Source: Bdellovibrionales bacterium
Lineage (GTDB): Bacteria > Bdellovibrionota > Bdellovibrionia > Bdellovibrionales > JAUICD01
Length of the DNA stretch: 64,000 bases
NCBI GenBank assembly: GCA_965203275.1
Contig: OZ241865.1
Coordinates: 384,001 to 448,000, forward strand
Direction of reading: 5' to 3'
Made by a program: the position numbers and the translations under genes. A model generated the notes under the pieces. The model searched no databases, had not been told where the DNA came from, and saw nothing but the letters and a program-made list of their open reading frames with translations. Shown one piece after another: positions 10,163 to 21,026 of this stretch; within the stretch, counting starts at the first letter, position 1, and the number at the start of each line of letters is the position of its first letter.

Positions 10163-13100
10163 CTATCCTCTAGGTATTCCATCAGGCATTTCACTTGGTA
10201 TATTGGGGCGATTATCATGCCATATAATACAGCGGAAAATATGAAGTCGACATATTAAAGCCCGACGACAACTCACACTACTTCCTCCATGTTGCCCTAC
10301 ACATTTCCATCTATGAAACTCATCACGTTCAGTTACATCCTGAATAGCTCCTGAGCGACAACCATGACCTCTTGGTTTTGTGTTACATTTACCATTGATA
10401 GGTCTATTTCTCTGACAAGATTGATTTGTGCCACCATTGAGTCCTTCACAAGTCCATCTAAATAGATCATCTGTATCTGCATGTCCGTTGGGATTAGATC
10501 TTCCTGCAGAACAAGCATATTTTTGAGCGGTATTACATACACCGTTTATAGTTTTAGGTTTTTGACAATTCGTCGCTGTTGTTCCACCATGTTCTCCTAC
10601 ACAATGCCACTTATAATCTGTGCGGGTATCGGCAATGGCATTGTCATTGGCTTGCCCACTTTGACAACCATTGCGTACTTCGTTGTTGCAAGCCCCATTG
10701 ACAGGTTTGTGTTTTTGACAATTCGTCGCTGTTGTTCCACCATGCTGTCCCACACATTGCCACTTATAATGCATATCTGTATCTTCAATGGCACCATCGT
10801 TAGCCTGTCCGGCTTGACAACCATTGCGTACATCATTATTGCAAGCTCCATTGACAGGTTTGCGTTTTTGACAATTCGTCGCTGTTGTTCCACCATGTTG
10901 CCCTACACAATGCCACTTATAATCTGTGCGGGTATCAGCAATAGCGTTGTCATTGGCCTGTCCAGTTCGGCAACTATTTCTAACAGCATTATTGCAAGCC
11001 CCATTGACAGGTTTTAGTTTTTGACAATTACTGACTGTTGTTCCACCATGTTGTCCTACACATTGCCATTTATAATGCAGGTCTGTATCGGCAATGGCAT
11101 TGTCATTGGCTTGCCCTACTCGACAACCATTTCGAACAGCATTATTGCAAGCTCCATTGACAGGTTTGCGTTTTTGACAATTCGTCGCAGTTGTTCCACC
11201 ATATTGTCCTACACATTGCCATTTATAATGCATGTCTGTATCTGCTGCATCTTTGAGCGAACCACTTTGACAACTATTTCGGACAGCGTTATGGCAGGCA
11301 CCATTGACAGGTTTGCGTTTTTGACAATTAGTCGCTGACGTTCCACCATGTTGTCCTACACATTGCCATTTATAATGCAGGTCTGTATCTGCTACATCTT
11401 TGAGCGAACCACTTTGACAACTATTTCGAACAGCATTATTGCAGGCACCATTAACAGGTTTGAGTTTTTGACAATTAGTCGCTGTTGTTCCGCCATGTTG
11501 TCCTACACATTGCCATTGATAATGTGTATCTGAATCTGCTAGATCTTTAAGCAGACCAGTTTGACAACGATTTTGAATAGCATTGTTACAAGCTCCATTG
11601 ATTGGTTTAAGTTTTTGGCAATTTGTAACTGTTTGTCCGCCATGTTGTCCTATACACTGCCATTGATAATGTGTATCTGAATCTGCTACATCTTTGAGCA
11701 AACCAGTTTGACAACGATTTTGAACAGCATTATTGCAAGCCCCATTAACAGGTTTGCGTTTTTGACAATTAGTCGCCGTTGTTCCACCATGTTGCCCTAC
11801 ACAATGCCACTTATAATCTGTGCGGGTATCAGCAATGGCATTGTCATTGGCCTGTCCAGTTCGACAGCCATTTTGAACAGCATTATTGCAAGCTCCATTA
11901 ACAGGTTTGCGTTTTTGACAATTCGTCGCCGTTGTTCCGCCATGTTGTCCTACACAATGCCACTTATAATGCAGGTCTGTATCTGCAATGGCATTGTCAT
12001 TGGCCTGCCCAGCTTGACAACCATTTTGGAGGGCATTATTGCAAGCCCCATTGACAGGTTTGCGTTTTTGACAGGTTGTAGCTGTTCCACCATGTTGTCC
12101 TATACATTGCCACTTATAATGCATATCTGTACTAGCTATATTACGACTACTGGCTTGTCCAGCTTGACAACCATTGCGTATGTTATTATTGCAAGCCCCA
12201 TTGACAGGTTTGAGTTTCTGGCAGTTAGTGGCACTTCTTCCGCCGTGTTGTCCTACACATTGCCATTGATAATGTGTATCTGAATCTGCTACATCTTTGA
12301 GCGAACCACTTTGACAACCATTTCGAACAGCATTATTACAAGCCCCATTGACGGGTTTAAGTTTTTGGCAATTTGTAACTGTTTGTCCGCCATGTTGTCC
12401 TACACAATGCCACTTATAATGTGTGTTGCTATCGGCAATGGCATTGTCATTGGCTTGCCCTGTTCGACAGCCATTTTGAACTGCATTATTGCAAGCTCCA
12501 TTGACAGGTTTGAGTTTTTGACAGGTGGTGGCTGTTGTTCCACCATGTTGCCCTACACAATGCCACTTATAATGTGTGTTGCTATCGGCAATGGCGTTGT
12601 CATTGGCTTGCCCTGTTCGGCAACCATTTTGAACAGCATTATTACATGCTCCATTGACAGGTTTTAGTTTTTGACAGGTAGTGACTGTTGTTCCCCCATG
12701 TTGCCCTATACATTGCCATTGATAATGTGTATCTGTACTAGCTATGTTACGGGCTTGTCCAGCTTGACAACCATTGCGTACGTTATTATTACAAGCCCCA
12801 TTGACAGGTTTTGATTTTTGACAATTAGTCGCCGTTGTTCCGCCATGTTGCCCTACACAATGCCACTTATAATCTGTGCGGGTATCGGCAATGGCATTGT
12901 CATTGGCTTGCCCTGTTCGGCAACCATTTTGAACAGCATTATTACATGCTCCATTGACAGGTTTTAGTTTTTGACAATTAGTTGCTGTTGTTCCACCATG
13001 TTGCCCTACACAATGCCATTTATAATCTGTGCTGGTATCGGCAATAGCATTGCTATTGGCTTGTCCAGTTCGACAGCCATTTTGAACAGCATTATTGCAA

Positions 13101-16100
13101 GCTCCATTGATTGGTTTGAGTTTTTGACAGGTGGTGGCTGTTGTTCCGCCATGTTGTCCTACACATTGCCACTTATAATGTGTGCTACTGTCGGCAATGG
13201 CATTGCTATTGGCTTGCCCTGTTCGGCAACCATTTTGAACAGTATTATTACAAGCTCCATTGACAGGTTTTAGTTTTTGACAATTACTAGCCGTTGTTCC
13301 GCCATGTTGCCCTACACAATGCCACTTATAATGTGTGTTGCTGTCAGCAATAGCATTGCTATTGGCTTGTCCAGTTCGACAGCCATTTTGAACGGCATTG
13401 TTACAAGCTCCATTGACAGGTTTGAATTTCTGGCAGTTAGTGGCACTTCTTCCGCCATGTTGTCCTACGCACTGCCATTTATAATGTGTATCTGAATCTG
13501 CCACATCTTTAAGCAAGCCAGCTTGACAACGATTTTGAACAGCATTATTACAAGCTCCATTGATGGGTTTAAGTTTTTGACAGGTAGTGACTGTTGTTCC
13601 ACCATGTTGCCCTATACATTGCCATTTATAATGTGTATCTGAATCTGCTACATCCTTGAGCAGACCAGTTTGGCAACGATTTCGAACTGCATTATTGCAA
13701 GCTCCATTGATGGGTTTGAGTTTTTGACAAGTGGTGACATTTGTTCCGCCGTGTTGTCCTACACAATGCCACTTATAATGTGTGTTGGTATCAGCAATAG
13801 CATTGCTATTAGCTTGTCCAGTTCGACAGCCATTTCGAACTGCATTATTGCAGGCTCCATTAACAGGTTTTGCTTTTTGGCAATCTGTAGCTGCTCTTCC
13901 TCCATGTTGCCCTACACATTGCCACTTATAATGTGTATCTGAATCTGCTACATCCTTGAGCAGGCCAGTTTGACAACGATTTTGAACAGCATTATTGCAA
14001 GCCCCATTGATAGGCTTGAGTTTTTGACAATTAGTAACAGTTGTTCCACCATGTTGCCCTAAACAATGCCACTTATAATGTGTATTGGTGTCAGCAATAG
14101 CATTGTCATTGGCTTGTCCTACTCGGCAACCATTTTGAACAGCATTATTGCAAGCCCCATTGACAGGCTTAATTTTTTGACAATTTTCTGCATTTTGTCC
14201 ATTTCGGCCCACACACTGCCATTTATAATGTGTGTCGGTATCGTGTGTGTCATTTAATTTGCCTGCTTGACAATCATTTGTAATGGCATTATTACATTGT
14301 CCATGTTCAGATATAGAAAACTGACAATTACTATCCGTTGTTCCACCATTTCTGCCAACACAATCCCACTTATGAAATCCATTAGCATTGGGTTTGCGTT
14401 GAGCCGTACCTGATAAACAACGATCTCTTTGTGTATTGTCACAACGGCCATTATTTGTGTTCCATTGACAGGAGGCAGTTGTTCCACCACGTTGTCCTTC
14501 ACAAGACCACTTCTTTATATTAGGATTTTGACGATCAAAACCTGCATTGACGAATTTACCACTTTGGCAATTAAGAGTTAAATAATTACAGGCTCCATGT
14601 ACTGGTTTTATTTTTTGACAATTAATGGCTGTTGTTCCGCCATGTTGCCCCAGACATTTCCATCTATAATGTGTACTGGTATCATCAATGGCACTGTCAT
14701 CAGCTTGCCCAACTCGGCAACCATTTTGAACAGTATTATTGCAAGCCCCATTGACAGGTTTTATTTTTTGACAATTAATGGCCGTTGTTCCGCCATGTAA
14801 ACCTGCACAATGCCACCTATAATGTGTGTTGGTATCAGCAATAGCATTGTCATTGGCTTGCCCTGCTCGACAACCATTTTGAACAGCATTATTACAAACT
14901 CCATTGCTTGGCTTTAATTTTTGACAATTAATGGCTGTTGTTCCGCCATGTTGCCCTACACATTGCCATCTATAATGAGTGTTGGTATCAGCAATAGCAT
15001 TGTCATTGGCTTGTCCTACCCGACAACCATTTTGAACGGCATTATTGCAAGTTCCATTAATTGGTTTTATTTTTTGACAATTAATGGCTGTTGTTCCACC
15101 ATGTTGTCCTACACAATGCCACTTATAATGTGTGCGGGTATCAGCAAGAGCATTGTCATTAGCTTGCCCTGCCCGACAACCATTTTGAACAGCATTATTA
15201 CAAACTCCATTGATTGCTTTTAGTTTTTGACAATTGGTAGCCGTTGTTCCGCCATGTTGCCCTACACAATGCCATCTGTAATGAGTGTCTGTATCAGCAA
15301 TGACATTGTCATTTGATTGCCCTTTTTGACAGCCATTTTGAACGGCATTATTACAAGCTCCATGGACAGCTTTAAATTTTTGACAATTGGTAGCTGTTGT
15401 TCCGCCATGTTGCCCTACACAATGCCACCTGTAATGGGTGTCTGTGTCAACAACAGCATTGTCATTGGCTTGACCTTTTTGACAGCCATTTTGAACGGCA
15501 TTGTGACAGACTCCATTAATTGGTTCATTTTCACTATTAAGTGCAACAGATCCCCTTTGACATGTATGATGACTTGGTCTGTCTTCTGCAGTTCCAAAAA
15601 AGCAAATATCTTCATCTGTCGGACAATAACTATAATAAGCTTGCTGGTAAGATGAATCTCCTTTGATGGCTGTGACCTCTATTTCAAATTCTTGACATTC
15701 TCTGCTTGATATAGAATATAAAGGAGCAAAATTCTGCTTGGGATCTTCTATAGATCTTCTTTTGTCATCACCTGTTGTAGTTGTAGGAAACATATCAACT
15801 CTGCCATTAACACAGTTGATAGGGTATATCTGTGAGCCTTTTTGAAAAGAACAACTATCTGCTGCTGCAATATCAACTGCTATATACTGAGAAGATAATC
15901 TATCGTGTTTATAGATGGCATTACTTTCTAAAGACATAATAGCATTCTGTCCATCACTATCTAAAATAAGAGGCGGATTAAAATAAGGAGATGTATCTTC
16001 AGTGACTTGAAGTGTTTTTTGTCTGTAAACAGTACATTGACTCTCTGAAGATTCTACAGGATTGGCTTTGACTTCTAGGATTAAATCAGAACCTACAGAA

Positions 16101-16831
16101 GCTGTCGTAGGGATATTAAAAGTAACAGTTCCAGCTTCTGAAGTGATCACCTGTTGAGATGGTAATGTGACCCTCCACCGAATAGAAGAAAATAAAAGAG
16201 GATCTCGAATAGTGAAAGTTGCTGATTGACCTACATTTACTGCACCGCTTTGTAACTTAATTTCTAAAATATCAGTTTGGGAACAAGTTTCTCCTATAAC
16301 AACTATTTTGTTAAATTGACCTAGTAGGTTATTCATGTCCACTGTTTTATATGATTTTGCAAAGATATTATAAATTCCAGGTTGAACAAAACGGTGTTTA
16401 TAAGTAGCAGTGCTACTAGTGGCTTTATTCACAATTGTTTCAAAACCTTTCTTGATAGTCCATTGAAAGTAATTAGAGAGAGGATCTGCGTGAATGACCT
16501 GCATATTCACATTGGTATTAATAGGAAAATAATTAACAGGATCTATTTCATTCCCCTGTTCATTGATAAAGACTATACTTCCTTTATTACTATTAGGAGA
16601 AGATCTTATTTCATCATCATCATCTTCTTCATCACTCTGCTCCTTTTGCTGTTGTTGCTGTTGCTGTTGTTGTCGCTGTCGTTGTGGATTTTCATTATCT
16701 GAAGATACAAGAGAATTAGGCTCACAATTTTGAAATAACAAAATACATGTCAAGGTCAATAAAACCATAAAAGCTATGACATGTACCTTTCCATAAAGAT
16801 GGCTTATAAGTTTATCATTTTGTGTTGACAT
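10163..16831 (-). CDS. 2222-aa surface lipoprotein/adhesin candidate with about 35 tandem 4-Cys repeats of ~50 aa
   Basis: Hydrophobic segment ending in LFQNC, poly-Q/acidic linker, PKD-like beta region, then repeats of consensus PVNGACNNAVQNGCRTGQANDNAIADTNTHYKWHCVGQHGGTTATNCQKLK. Confidence 0.9.
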   Translation of the reverse strand: MSTQNDKLISHLYGKVHVIAFMVLLTLTCILLFQNCEPNSLVSSDNENPQRQRQQQQQQQQQKEQSDEEDDDDEIRSSPNSNKGSIVFINEQGNEIDPVNYFPINTNVNMQVIHADPLSNYFQWTIKKGFETIVNKATSSTATYKHRFVQPGIYNIFAKSYKTVDMNNLLGQFNKIVVIGETCSQTDILEIKLQSGAVNVGQSATFTIRDPLLFSSIRWRVTLPSQQVITSEAGTVTFNIPTTASVGSDLILEVKANPVESSESQCTVYRQKTLQVTEDTSPYFNPPLILDSDGQNAIMSLESNAIYKHDRLSSQYIAVDIAAADSCSFQKGSQIYPINCVNGRVDMFPTTTTGDDKRRSIEDPKQNFAPLYSISSRECQEFEIEVTAIKGDSSYQQAYYSYCPTDEDICFFGTAEDRPSHHTCQRGSVALNSENEPINGVCHNAVQNGCQKGQANDNAVVDTDTHYRWHCVGQHGGTTATNCQKFKAVHGACNNAVQNGCQKGQSNDNVIADTDTHYRWHCVGQHGGTTATNCQKLKAINGVCNNAVQNGCRAGQANDNALADTRTHYKWHCVGQHGGTTAINCQKIKPINGTCNNAVQNGCRVGQANDNAIADTNTHYRWQCVGQHGGTTAINCQKLKPSNGVCNNAVQNGCRAGQANDNAIADTNTHYRWHCAGLHGGTTAINCQKIKPVNGACNNTVQNGCRVGQADDSAIDDTSTHYRWKCLGQHGGTTAINCQKIKPVHGACNYLTLNCQSGKFVNAGFDRQNPNIKKWSCEGQRGGTTASCQWNTNNGRCDNTQRDRCLSGTAQRKPNANGFHKWDCVGRNGGTTDSNCQFSISEHGQCNNAITNDCQAGKLNDTHDTDTHYKWQCVGRNGQNAENCQKIKPVNGACNNAVQNGCRVGQANDNAIADTNTHYKWHCLGQHGGTTVTNCQKLKPINGACNNAVQNRCQTGLLKDVADSDTHYKWQCVGQHGGRAATDCQKAKPVNGACNNAVRNGCRTGQANSNAIADTNTHYKWHCVGQHGGTNVTTCQKLKPINGACNNAVRNRCQTGLLKDVADSDTHYKWQCIGQHGGTTVTTCQKLKPINGACNNAVQNRCQAGLLKDVADSDTHYKWQCVGQHGGRSATNCQKFKPVNGACNNAVQNGCRTGQANSNAIADSNTHYKWHCVGQHGGTTASNCQKLKPVNGACNNTVQNGCRTGQANSNAIADSSTHYKWQCVGQHGGTTATTCQKLKPINGACNNAVQNGCRTGQANSNAIADTSTDYKWHCVGQHGGTTATNCQKLKPVNGACNNAVQNGCRTGQANDNAIADTRTDYKWHCVGQHGGTTATNCQKSKPVNGACNNNVRNGCQAGQARNIASTDTHYQWQCIGQHGGTTVTTCQKLKPVNGACNNAVQNGCRTGQANDNAIADSNTHYKWHCVGQHGGTTATTCQKLKPVNGACNNAVQNGCRTGQANDNAIADSNTHYKWHCVGQHGGQTVTNCQKLKPVNGACNNAVRNGCQSGSLKDVADSDTHYQWQCVGQHGGRSATNCQKLKPVNGACNNNIRNGCQAGQASSRNIASTDMHYKWQCIGQHGGTATTCQKRKPVNGACNNALQNGCQAGQANDNAIADTDLHYKWHCVGQHGGTTATNCQKRKPVNGACNNAVQNGCRTGQANDNAIADTRTDYKWHCVGQHGGTTATNCQKRKPVNGACNNAVQNRCQTGLLKDVADSDTHYQWQCIGQHGGQTVTNCQKLKPINGACNNAIQNRCQTGLLKDLADSDTHYQWQCVGQHGGTTATNCQKLKPVNGACNNAVRNSCQSGSLKDVADTDLHYKWQCVGQHGGTSATNCQKRKPVNGACHNAVRNSCQSGSLKDAADTDMHYKWQCVGQYGGTTATNCQKRKPVNGACNNAVRNGCRVGQANDNAIADTDLHYKWQCVGQHGGTTVSNCQKLKPVNGACNNAVRNSCRTGQANDNAIADTRTDYKWHCVGQHGGTTATNCQKRKPVNGACNNDVRNGCQAGQANDGAIEDTDMHYKWQCVGQHGGTTATNCQKHKPVNGACNNEVRNGCQSGQANDNAIADTRTDYKWHCVGEHGGTTATNCQKPKTINGVCNTAQKYACSAGRSNPNGHADTDDLFRWTCEGLNGGTNQSCQRNRPINGKCNTKPRGHGCRSGAIQDVTERDEFHRWKCVGQHGGSSVSCRRALICRLHIFRCIIWHDNRPNIPSEMPDGIPRG

Positions 16832-17258
16832 TCTGCTTCCTATTCTATCTTTAACAAAATTCGCTTTATCATCTATGAATATTTTTTATGTATACTCTAG
16901 TCATCGGCAGGAAGTTTTTAAAACTTAAGACCTACTTAAAAAAAAATTATATCTAATGCTTTCCAAAAATAAAGTTGATAGATTTCAATGATTTACAAAA
17001 ATAAAAAAAATATGTTACGGCAGTTTGAGTATTTGTGGTGAGGTTTTAGACAGTTCATTAAAATTGCTAAATGCAAAATTTGCATAAAATAAACAACAAG
17101 GTCTTGCTTTATAAATGGCTTTCAATTAAAGTGGCTTTTAAAATAGTTATAAGAGCAGTCAATTTGTATTTTTTAAGCTATAAACTATTTTGATGTTTTA
17201 CATTATTAGATGTTTAATTGGTTTTAACTTTTTAATTAATTAATAAGAGGAGTGTCAT

Positions 17259-18335
17259 GTGAGCCAAGCAAGTAAAAAGTTAAATTTTGCGGAATACATT
17301 TGGTTAGATGGGGCCAGCCCTGTTCAAGAGTTGCGTTCTAAAACCAAAATGTTATTTTATAAGGAAGATCGAGATTTAAGTTCTTTCCCTGAATGGAGTT
17401 TTGATGGTTCTTCAACTTGGCAAGCTTTAGGTAGAAATTCTGATTGTATCTTAAAGCCTGTCTTTTCAGCACCAGATCCATTAAGAGATGGAGAACACTA
17501 TCTTGTTCTTTGTGAAGTTTTAAATGCAGATGGCACCCCACACCCTACAAACAAAAGGGTTGGTTTGTCTGATCTGATAAAAAAGGTGTCTGATCAAGAC
17601 CCTTATATTGGTTTTGAGCAAGAGTACACTCTCTTTTCAGGAGAGTTGGAGTCAGAAATGTGGCCAGTGGGTTGGCCTAAAGGAGGTTATCCTATTCCTC
17701 AAGGTCCTTTTTATTGTGGTGTAGGAGCAGGTCGTGTCTATGGGCGTGAAATTGCAGAAGAACATGCTCAAGCGTGTGCCTTAGCCAACTTAAATATTTA
17801 TGGTATCAATGCAGAAGTGATGCTTTCTCAATGGGAGTTTCAAGTAGGTTATCGTGGTCGAAAAGACGAACCATCTGATCCTCTCACAATAGCAGATCAC
17901 CTTTGGATTGCTCGCTATCTTCTCAAGCGTATTGCTGAAAGTTGTGATGTTTCTGTTTCTTTTTACAATAAACCTATTTTAGGAGATTGGAATGGAGCAG
18001 GTATGCATACAAACTTTTCTACAAAAGCTATGCGAAGCAAAGGTCAAGGTCAGGGAATAGAGGCTATTCATGCAGCTATTGCCAAATTAGAAGCTCATCA
18101 TCATGACCATATCAAGAATTATGGTCATAACTTAAAACTGCGTTTGACAGGTCTTCACGAGACTTGCCATATTGATGAGTTCAAAGCAGGGGTTTCTAAT
18201 CGAGGAGCTTCTATACGTATTCCTTTGTCAACGCATCAAGCTGGTTGTGGTTATTTTGAAGATAGAAGACCTGGTGCAAATGCTGACCCTTATGTCGTTG
18301 CAACACAAATTGTCAGTACAGTTTGTGGCAATTAA
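17259..18335 (+). CDS. glnII: Glutamine synthetase type II
   Basis: 358 aa; AEYIWLDG, WSFDGSST, GPFYCGVG, QWEFQVG, DWNGAGMHTNFST, RLTGLHET and GYFEDRRP are GSII signatures. Confidence 0.93.
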   Translation: MSQASKKLNFAEYIWLDGASPVQELRSKTKMLFYKEDRDLSSFPEWSFDGSSTWQALGRNSDCILKPVFSAPDPLRDGEHYLVLCEVLNADGTPHPTNKRVGLSDLIKKVSDQDPYIGFEQEYTLFSGELESEMWPVGWPKGGYPIPQGPFYCGVGAGRVYGREIAEEHAQACALANLNIYGINAEVMLSQWEFQVGYRGRKDEPSDPLTIADHLWIARYLLKRIAESCDVSVSFYNKPILGDWNGAGMHTNFSTKAMRSKGQGQGIEAIHAAIAKLEAHHHDHIKNYGHNLKLRLTGLHETCHIDEFKAGVSNRGASIRIPLSTHQAGCGYFEDRRPGANADPYVVATQIVSTVCGN

Positions 18336-18367
18336 TTTTAAGTACAACAGTTTAAATTTTGACAAGT

Positions 18368-18399
18368 GGCCCTTTAAATAAATATAAGGGTCTTTTTTT
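18368..18399 (+). terminator. Probable Rho-independent terminator after glnII
   Basis: GGCCCTT...AAGGGTC stem followed by a T run. Confidence 0.55.
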
Positions 18400-18938
18400 A
18401 TATTTTCTCTAATTTTAACTTCTAAAATAACAGGTCATTAAAAAGAAATTTTAAGAATAAAATGATCGTTTCTGTCTTGCAGTATGGATGGACTTCCATT
18501 TATCAACAGATGACATACTGTTTTTATTTTTAACTTTTGTGTCTATTATAGATAAAACTATATACCAAACTATAGATGCTAAACTTGTTGCAAAAAGTAT
18601 TTTAAGCATAAATGTAAATACCTCCTTAATTCTGATAACCCTCTATAATATATTATAGCAATTACTATGCCAAATAATAATGCACTTATTGGCTATAACA
18701 GTGTCTAATCTTTAGACAAGTGTTAATATCTTTTAAACACTTACAACTGTAGCAAATATTTTGACTTAAAAGAGAGCCGCTCATCTCTCAAGTATTAAAA
18801 TATTTTACCTTCAGTGTTTGTTGTATATTATTCATACAATAAGGCTATAGACTTTTGTAGAGAATTATCTTCTGCCCTTCAAAAAATCTTTATGCAAAAG
18901 CTATACTAAAGTATGAATTTACATTAAAGAGGTGTCCC

Positions 18939-19361
18939 TTGTTTAAAACTCTACATATTTGTCTTGAAGTCTATGGTTGTTGCACCTTAGAAATAGATAA
19001 TGTTTTTAGTTCCCTCTACGACCATATCAAACCTTGGACTCTTATTCCTAGTCCACCTCACAAAACCAATCTTTTAATTGTATCAGGTTGGCTTGCTCCA
19101 CAACTTCAAACACATATTAAATTAGTTTATGAAAAACTTCTCACAGATAAAAAAGTTATTGCTATAGGTGTTTGCTCTCTTTCAGGTGTTGTTTATCAAA
19201 CAAAACAGCAAACAAATGTATCAGTGGATCAAATTTTACCTGTATCTGTTTTTGTTCCTGGTTGTCCTCCTTCGCCAGAGCAAATTATATCAGGAATCAA
19301 GCTCGCTTTAGATACTAAAATACCCAGCAAAAGTAAGGATAACTTTTTAAATGTTTACTGA
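18939..19361 (+). CDS. Divergent NuoB / group-4 hydrogenase small-subunit-like Fe-S protein
   Basis: GCC..E, IAIGVC and VFVPGCPP motifs. Confidence 0.75.
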   Translation: MFKTLHICLEVYGCCTLEIDNVFSSLYDHIKPWTLIPSPPHKTNLLIVSGWLAPQLQTHIKLVYEKLLTDKKVIAIGVCSLSGVVYQTKQQTNVSVDQILPVSVFVPGCPPSPEQIISGIKLALDTKIPSKSKDNFLNVY

Positions 19362-20646
19362 CGTTCACCCAAAGACTTCTTTAAACTTCTTTAAAAAGTC
19401 TGAATTACAGACTTCAGAAATTTCATATATTCAAGAGGATGATTTTTGGAATATATTTGTAAAGCTTAAAGAAATGAGACTTTGTCATCCGTTGATTCTT
19501 CTTAAAGTTCCTCAAGGTGTTTTTCTCTGTTTAAAACTTTTAAGGCCTTTTTTAGAATATCATTTTTTAGTTCAAACTTCAGAAAAGCACACTTTTTGTA
19601 AGAAACTGCAATCTTTTTTTGTTAAAGAAAATTCTTTTATAAAAAATCACTTCAATTTAAATATACAACATATCCAACAGGAAGCTCTTTTAAACAAAAT
19701 GCAAACATTACCTCCTAACATGAGCCTTCACTGGTCTAGCAAAATAGATCCTTTTGAAGGAGTTGCTCTCAGTTGGGCTTTGGCCGGTGTTTATGAAAAT
19801 GCTTGGCAAATTGTTCCTCCTTTTAAAGCGATCCTCTTGCGTACTTTTGCTTGTGAACTGCAAAGAGTTTTATGGGGACTGCAATATTTAAAAGGTATTT
19901 GTCAACAACTTCAGTGGGATTTTTGGAAAGATCTGTGGTTAGATTACAGAGAATGTTTTTTTCAAATACAAGAGCTGGCTTTTCATCATCGTATTTTTCC
20001 TCATTTTATTGTCATAGGAGGGGTCCATCAAGAGATCAATCAAGGCCATCAAAGACTTATTGAAAAATATCTTTTAGAAATCACTCCATCTCTGTCTGAT
20101 CACATCCGTCAGTTTGTAGAAAAAACAAAATACCCATTAAAAGATTTTCTTCCTCTGGATAGAGATGAATTAGAAAAGGCGACATGGGGAGGAATGGTGG
20201 CTAAAGCATCACAAAGTTTTTGGGATGCTCGTCTTTTTGCTTCTTATGGATTAGAAAAGTATGCCCCTCTTTTACTTCCATCAAATAAACCTCCATTAGG
20301 CGACGCATTCGATCGTTTGCAATGTGTAGCAGACAATATCTTGTATTCTTTAAGACATCTTACAGTATTGCTTTTTGACTTATCAAAACAAAGCAACGCA
20401 CCTCTTGCTATAGCCATCTGTCAAGAACAAATGAAAGATCCTAAGGGATGTGTTTTTGTTGTAGAAGGATCGAGTGGTCCTATTTATGCATCAGTATTTA
20501 ATTGGCAAATAGATATTTCAACATCAAGGACGAGAGGTTATAAGTATTTACCTCATTTCTTATCAAAAATAGCAGATAAAAAAATACCTTTAGCTCTAGC
20601 TTCGTTGGGTTTCTTTGACAGAATAAATAAAGGAGAGCCGTTATGA
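19351..20646 (+). CDS. Highly divergent NuoD (49-kDa subunit)-like protein
   Basis: LRTFACELQR, R....IVIGGV, GDAFDR and VEG..G resemble NuoD; no Ni-binding CxxC pairs; lies between nuoB- and nuoI-like genes. Confidence 0.55.
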   Translation: MFTDVHPKTSLNFFKKSELQTSEISYIQEDDFWNIFVKLKEMRLCHPLILLKVPQGVFLCLKLLRPFLEYHFLVQTSEKHTFCKKLQSFFVKENSFIKNHFNLNIQHIQQEALLNKMQTLPPNMSLHWSSKIDPFEGVALSWALAGVYENAWQIVPPFKAILLRTFACELQRVLWGLQYLKGICQQLQWDFWKDLWLDYRECFFQIQELAFHHRIFPHFIVIGGVHQEINQGHQRLIEKYLLEITPSLSDHIRQFVEKTKYPLKDFLPLDRDELEKATWGGMVAKASQSFWDARLFASYGLEKYAPLLLPSNKPPLGDAFDRLQCVADNILYSLRHLTVLLFDLSKQSNAPLAIAICQEQMKDPKGCVFVVEGSSGPIYASVFNWQIDISTSRTRGYKYLPHFLSKIADKKIPLALASLGFFDRINKGEPL

Positions 20647-21026
20647 AAATCTTTAAATTATTAAAACCTCAAAAGCCAATTTTTTTAAGGAAGCTACCTA
20701 GGCAACGCCCTTTTTTATATGGACTTGCAAAAAATAAATGTACAGAATGCCTGCAATGTGAAGTGGTCTGCCCTGTTAAAGCTATAGATATTATAGCCTT
20801 TCCTGAAACAGCACAAAAAAAAACACAATCTTCATCTCTGCCCGATAAAAAAAATATTTATAAATTTTATATGGATTTTTCAAAATGTATTTATTGCAAT
20901 CTCTGTGTTCAAACATGTCCATCCCAAGCTTTGTTCGTACAACAAGGTGAAATACCTGTTGCATGTAAAAAGAGCCAACTCAAAAAAGACCTTTTAACAG
21001 AAAAAACCATTATCTCAAAAACTTAA
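20643..21026 (+). CDS. NuoI-like 2x[4Fe-4S] ferredoxin
   Basis: CTECLQCEVVCP and CIYCNLCVQTCP. Confidence 0.8.
   Translation: MKIFKLLKPQKPIFLRKLPRQRPFLYGLAKNKCTECLQCEVVCPVKAIDIIAFPETAQKKTQSSSLPDKKNIYKFYMDFSKCIYCNLCVQTCPSQALFVQQGEIPVACKKSQLKKDLLTEKTIISKT

Noticed and set aside
10265..15523. Diversity-generating retroelement TR/VR pair
   Set aside because: Differences between repeats are not adenine-specific, all copies are in one frame, and there is no reverse transcriptase in the window.
10333..15655. Many + strand and alternate-frame ORFs over the giant repeat gene
   Set aside because: Shadow ORFs generated by the tandem coding repeat.
19351..20646. [NiFe]-hydrogenase large subunit
   Set aside because: It lacks both RxCGxC-type and DPCxxC-type nickel-binding motifs.
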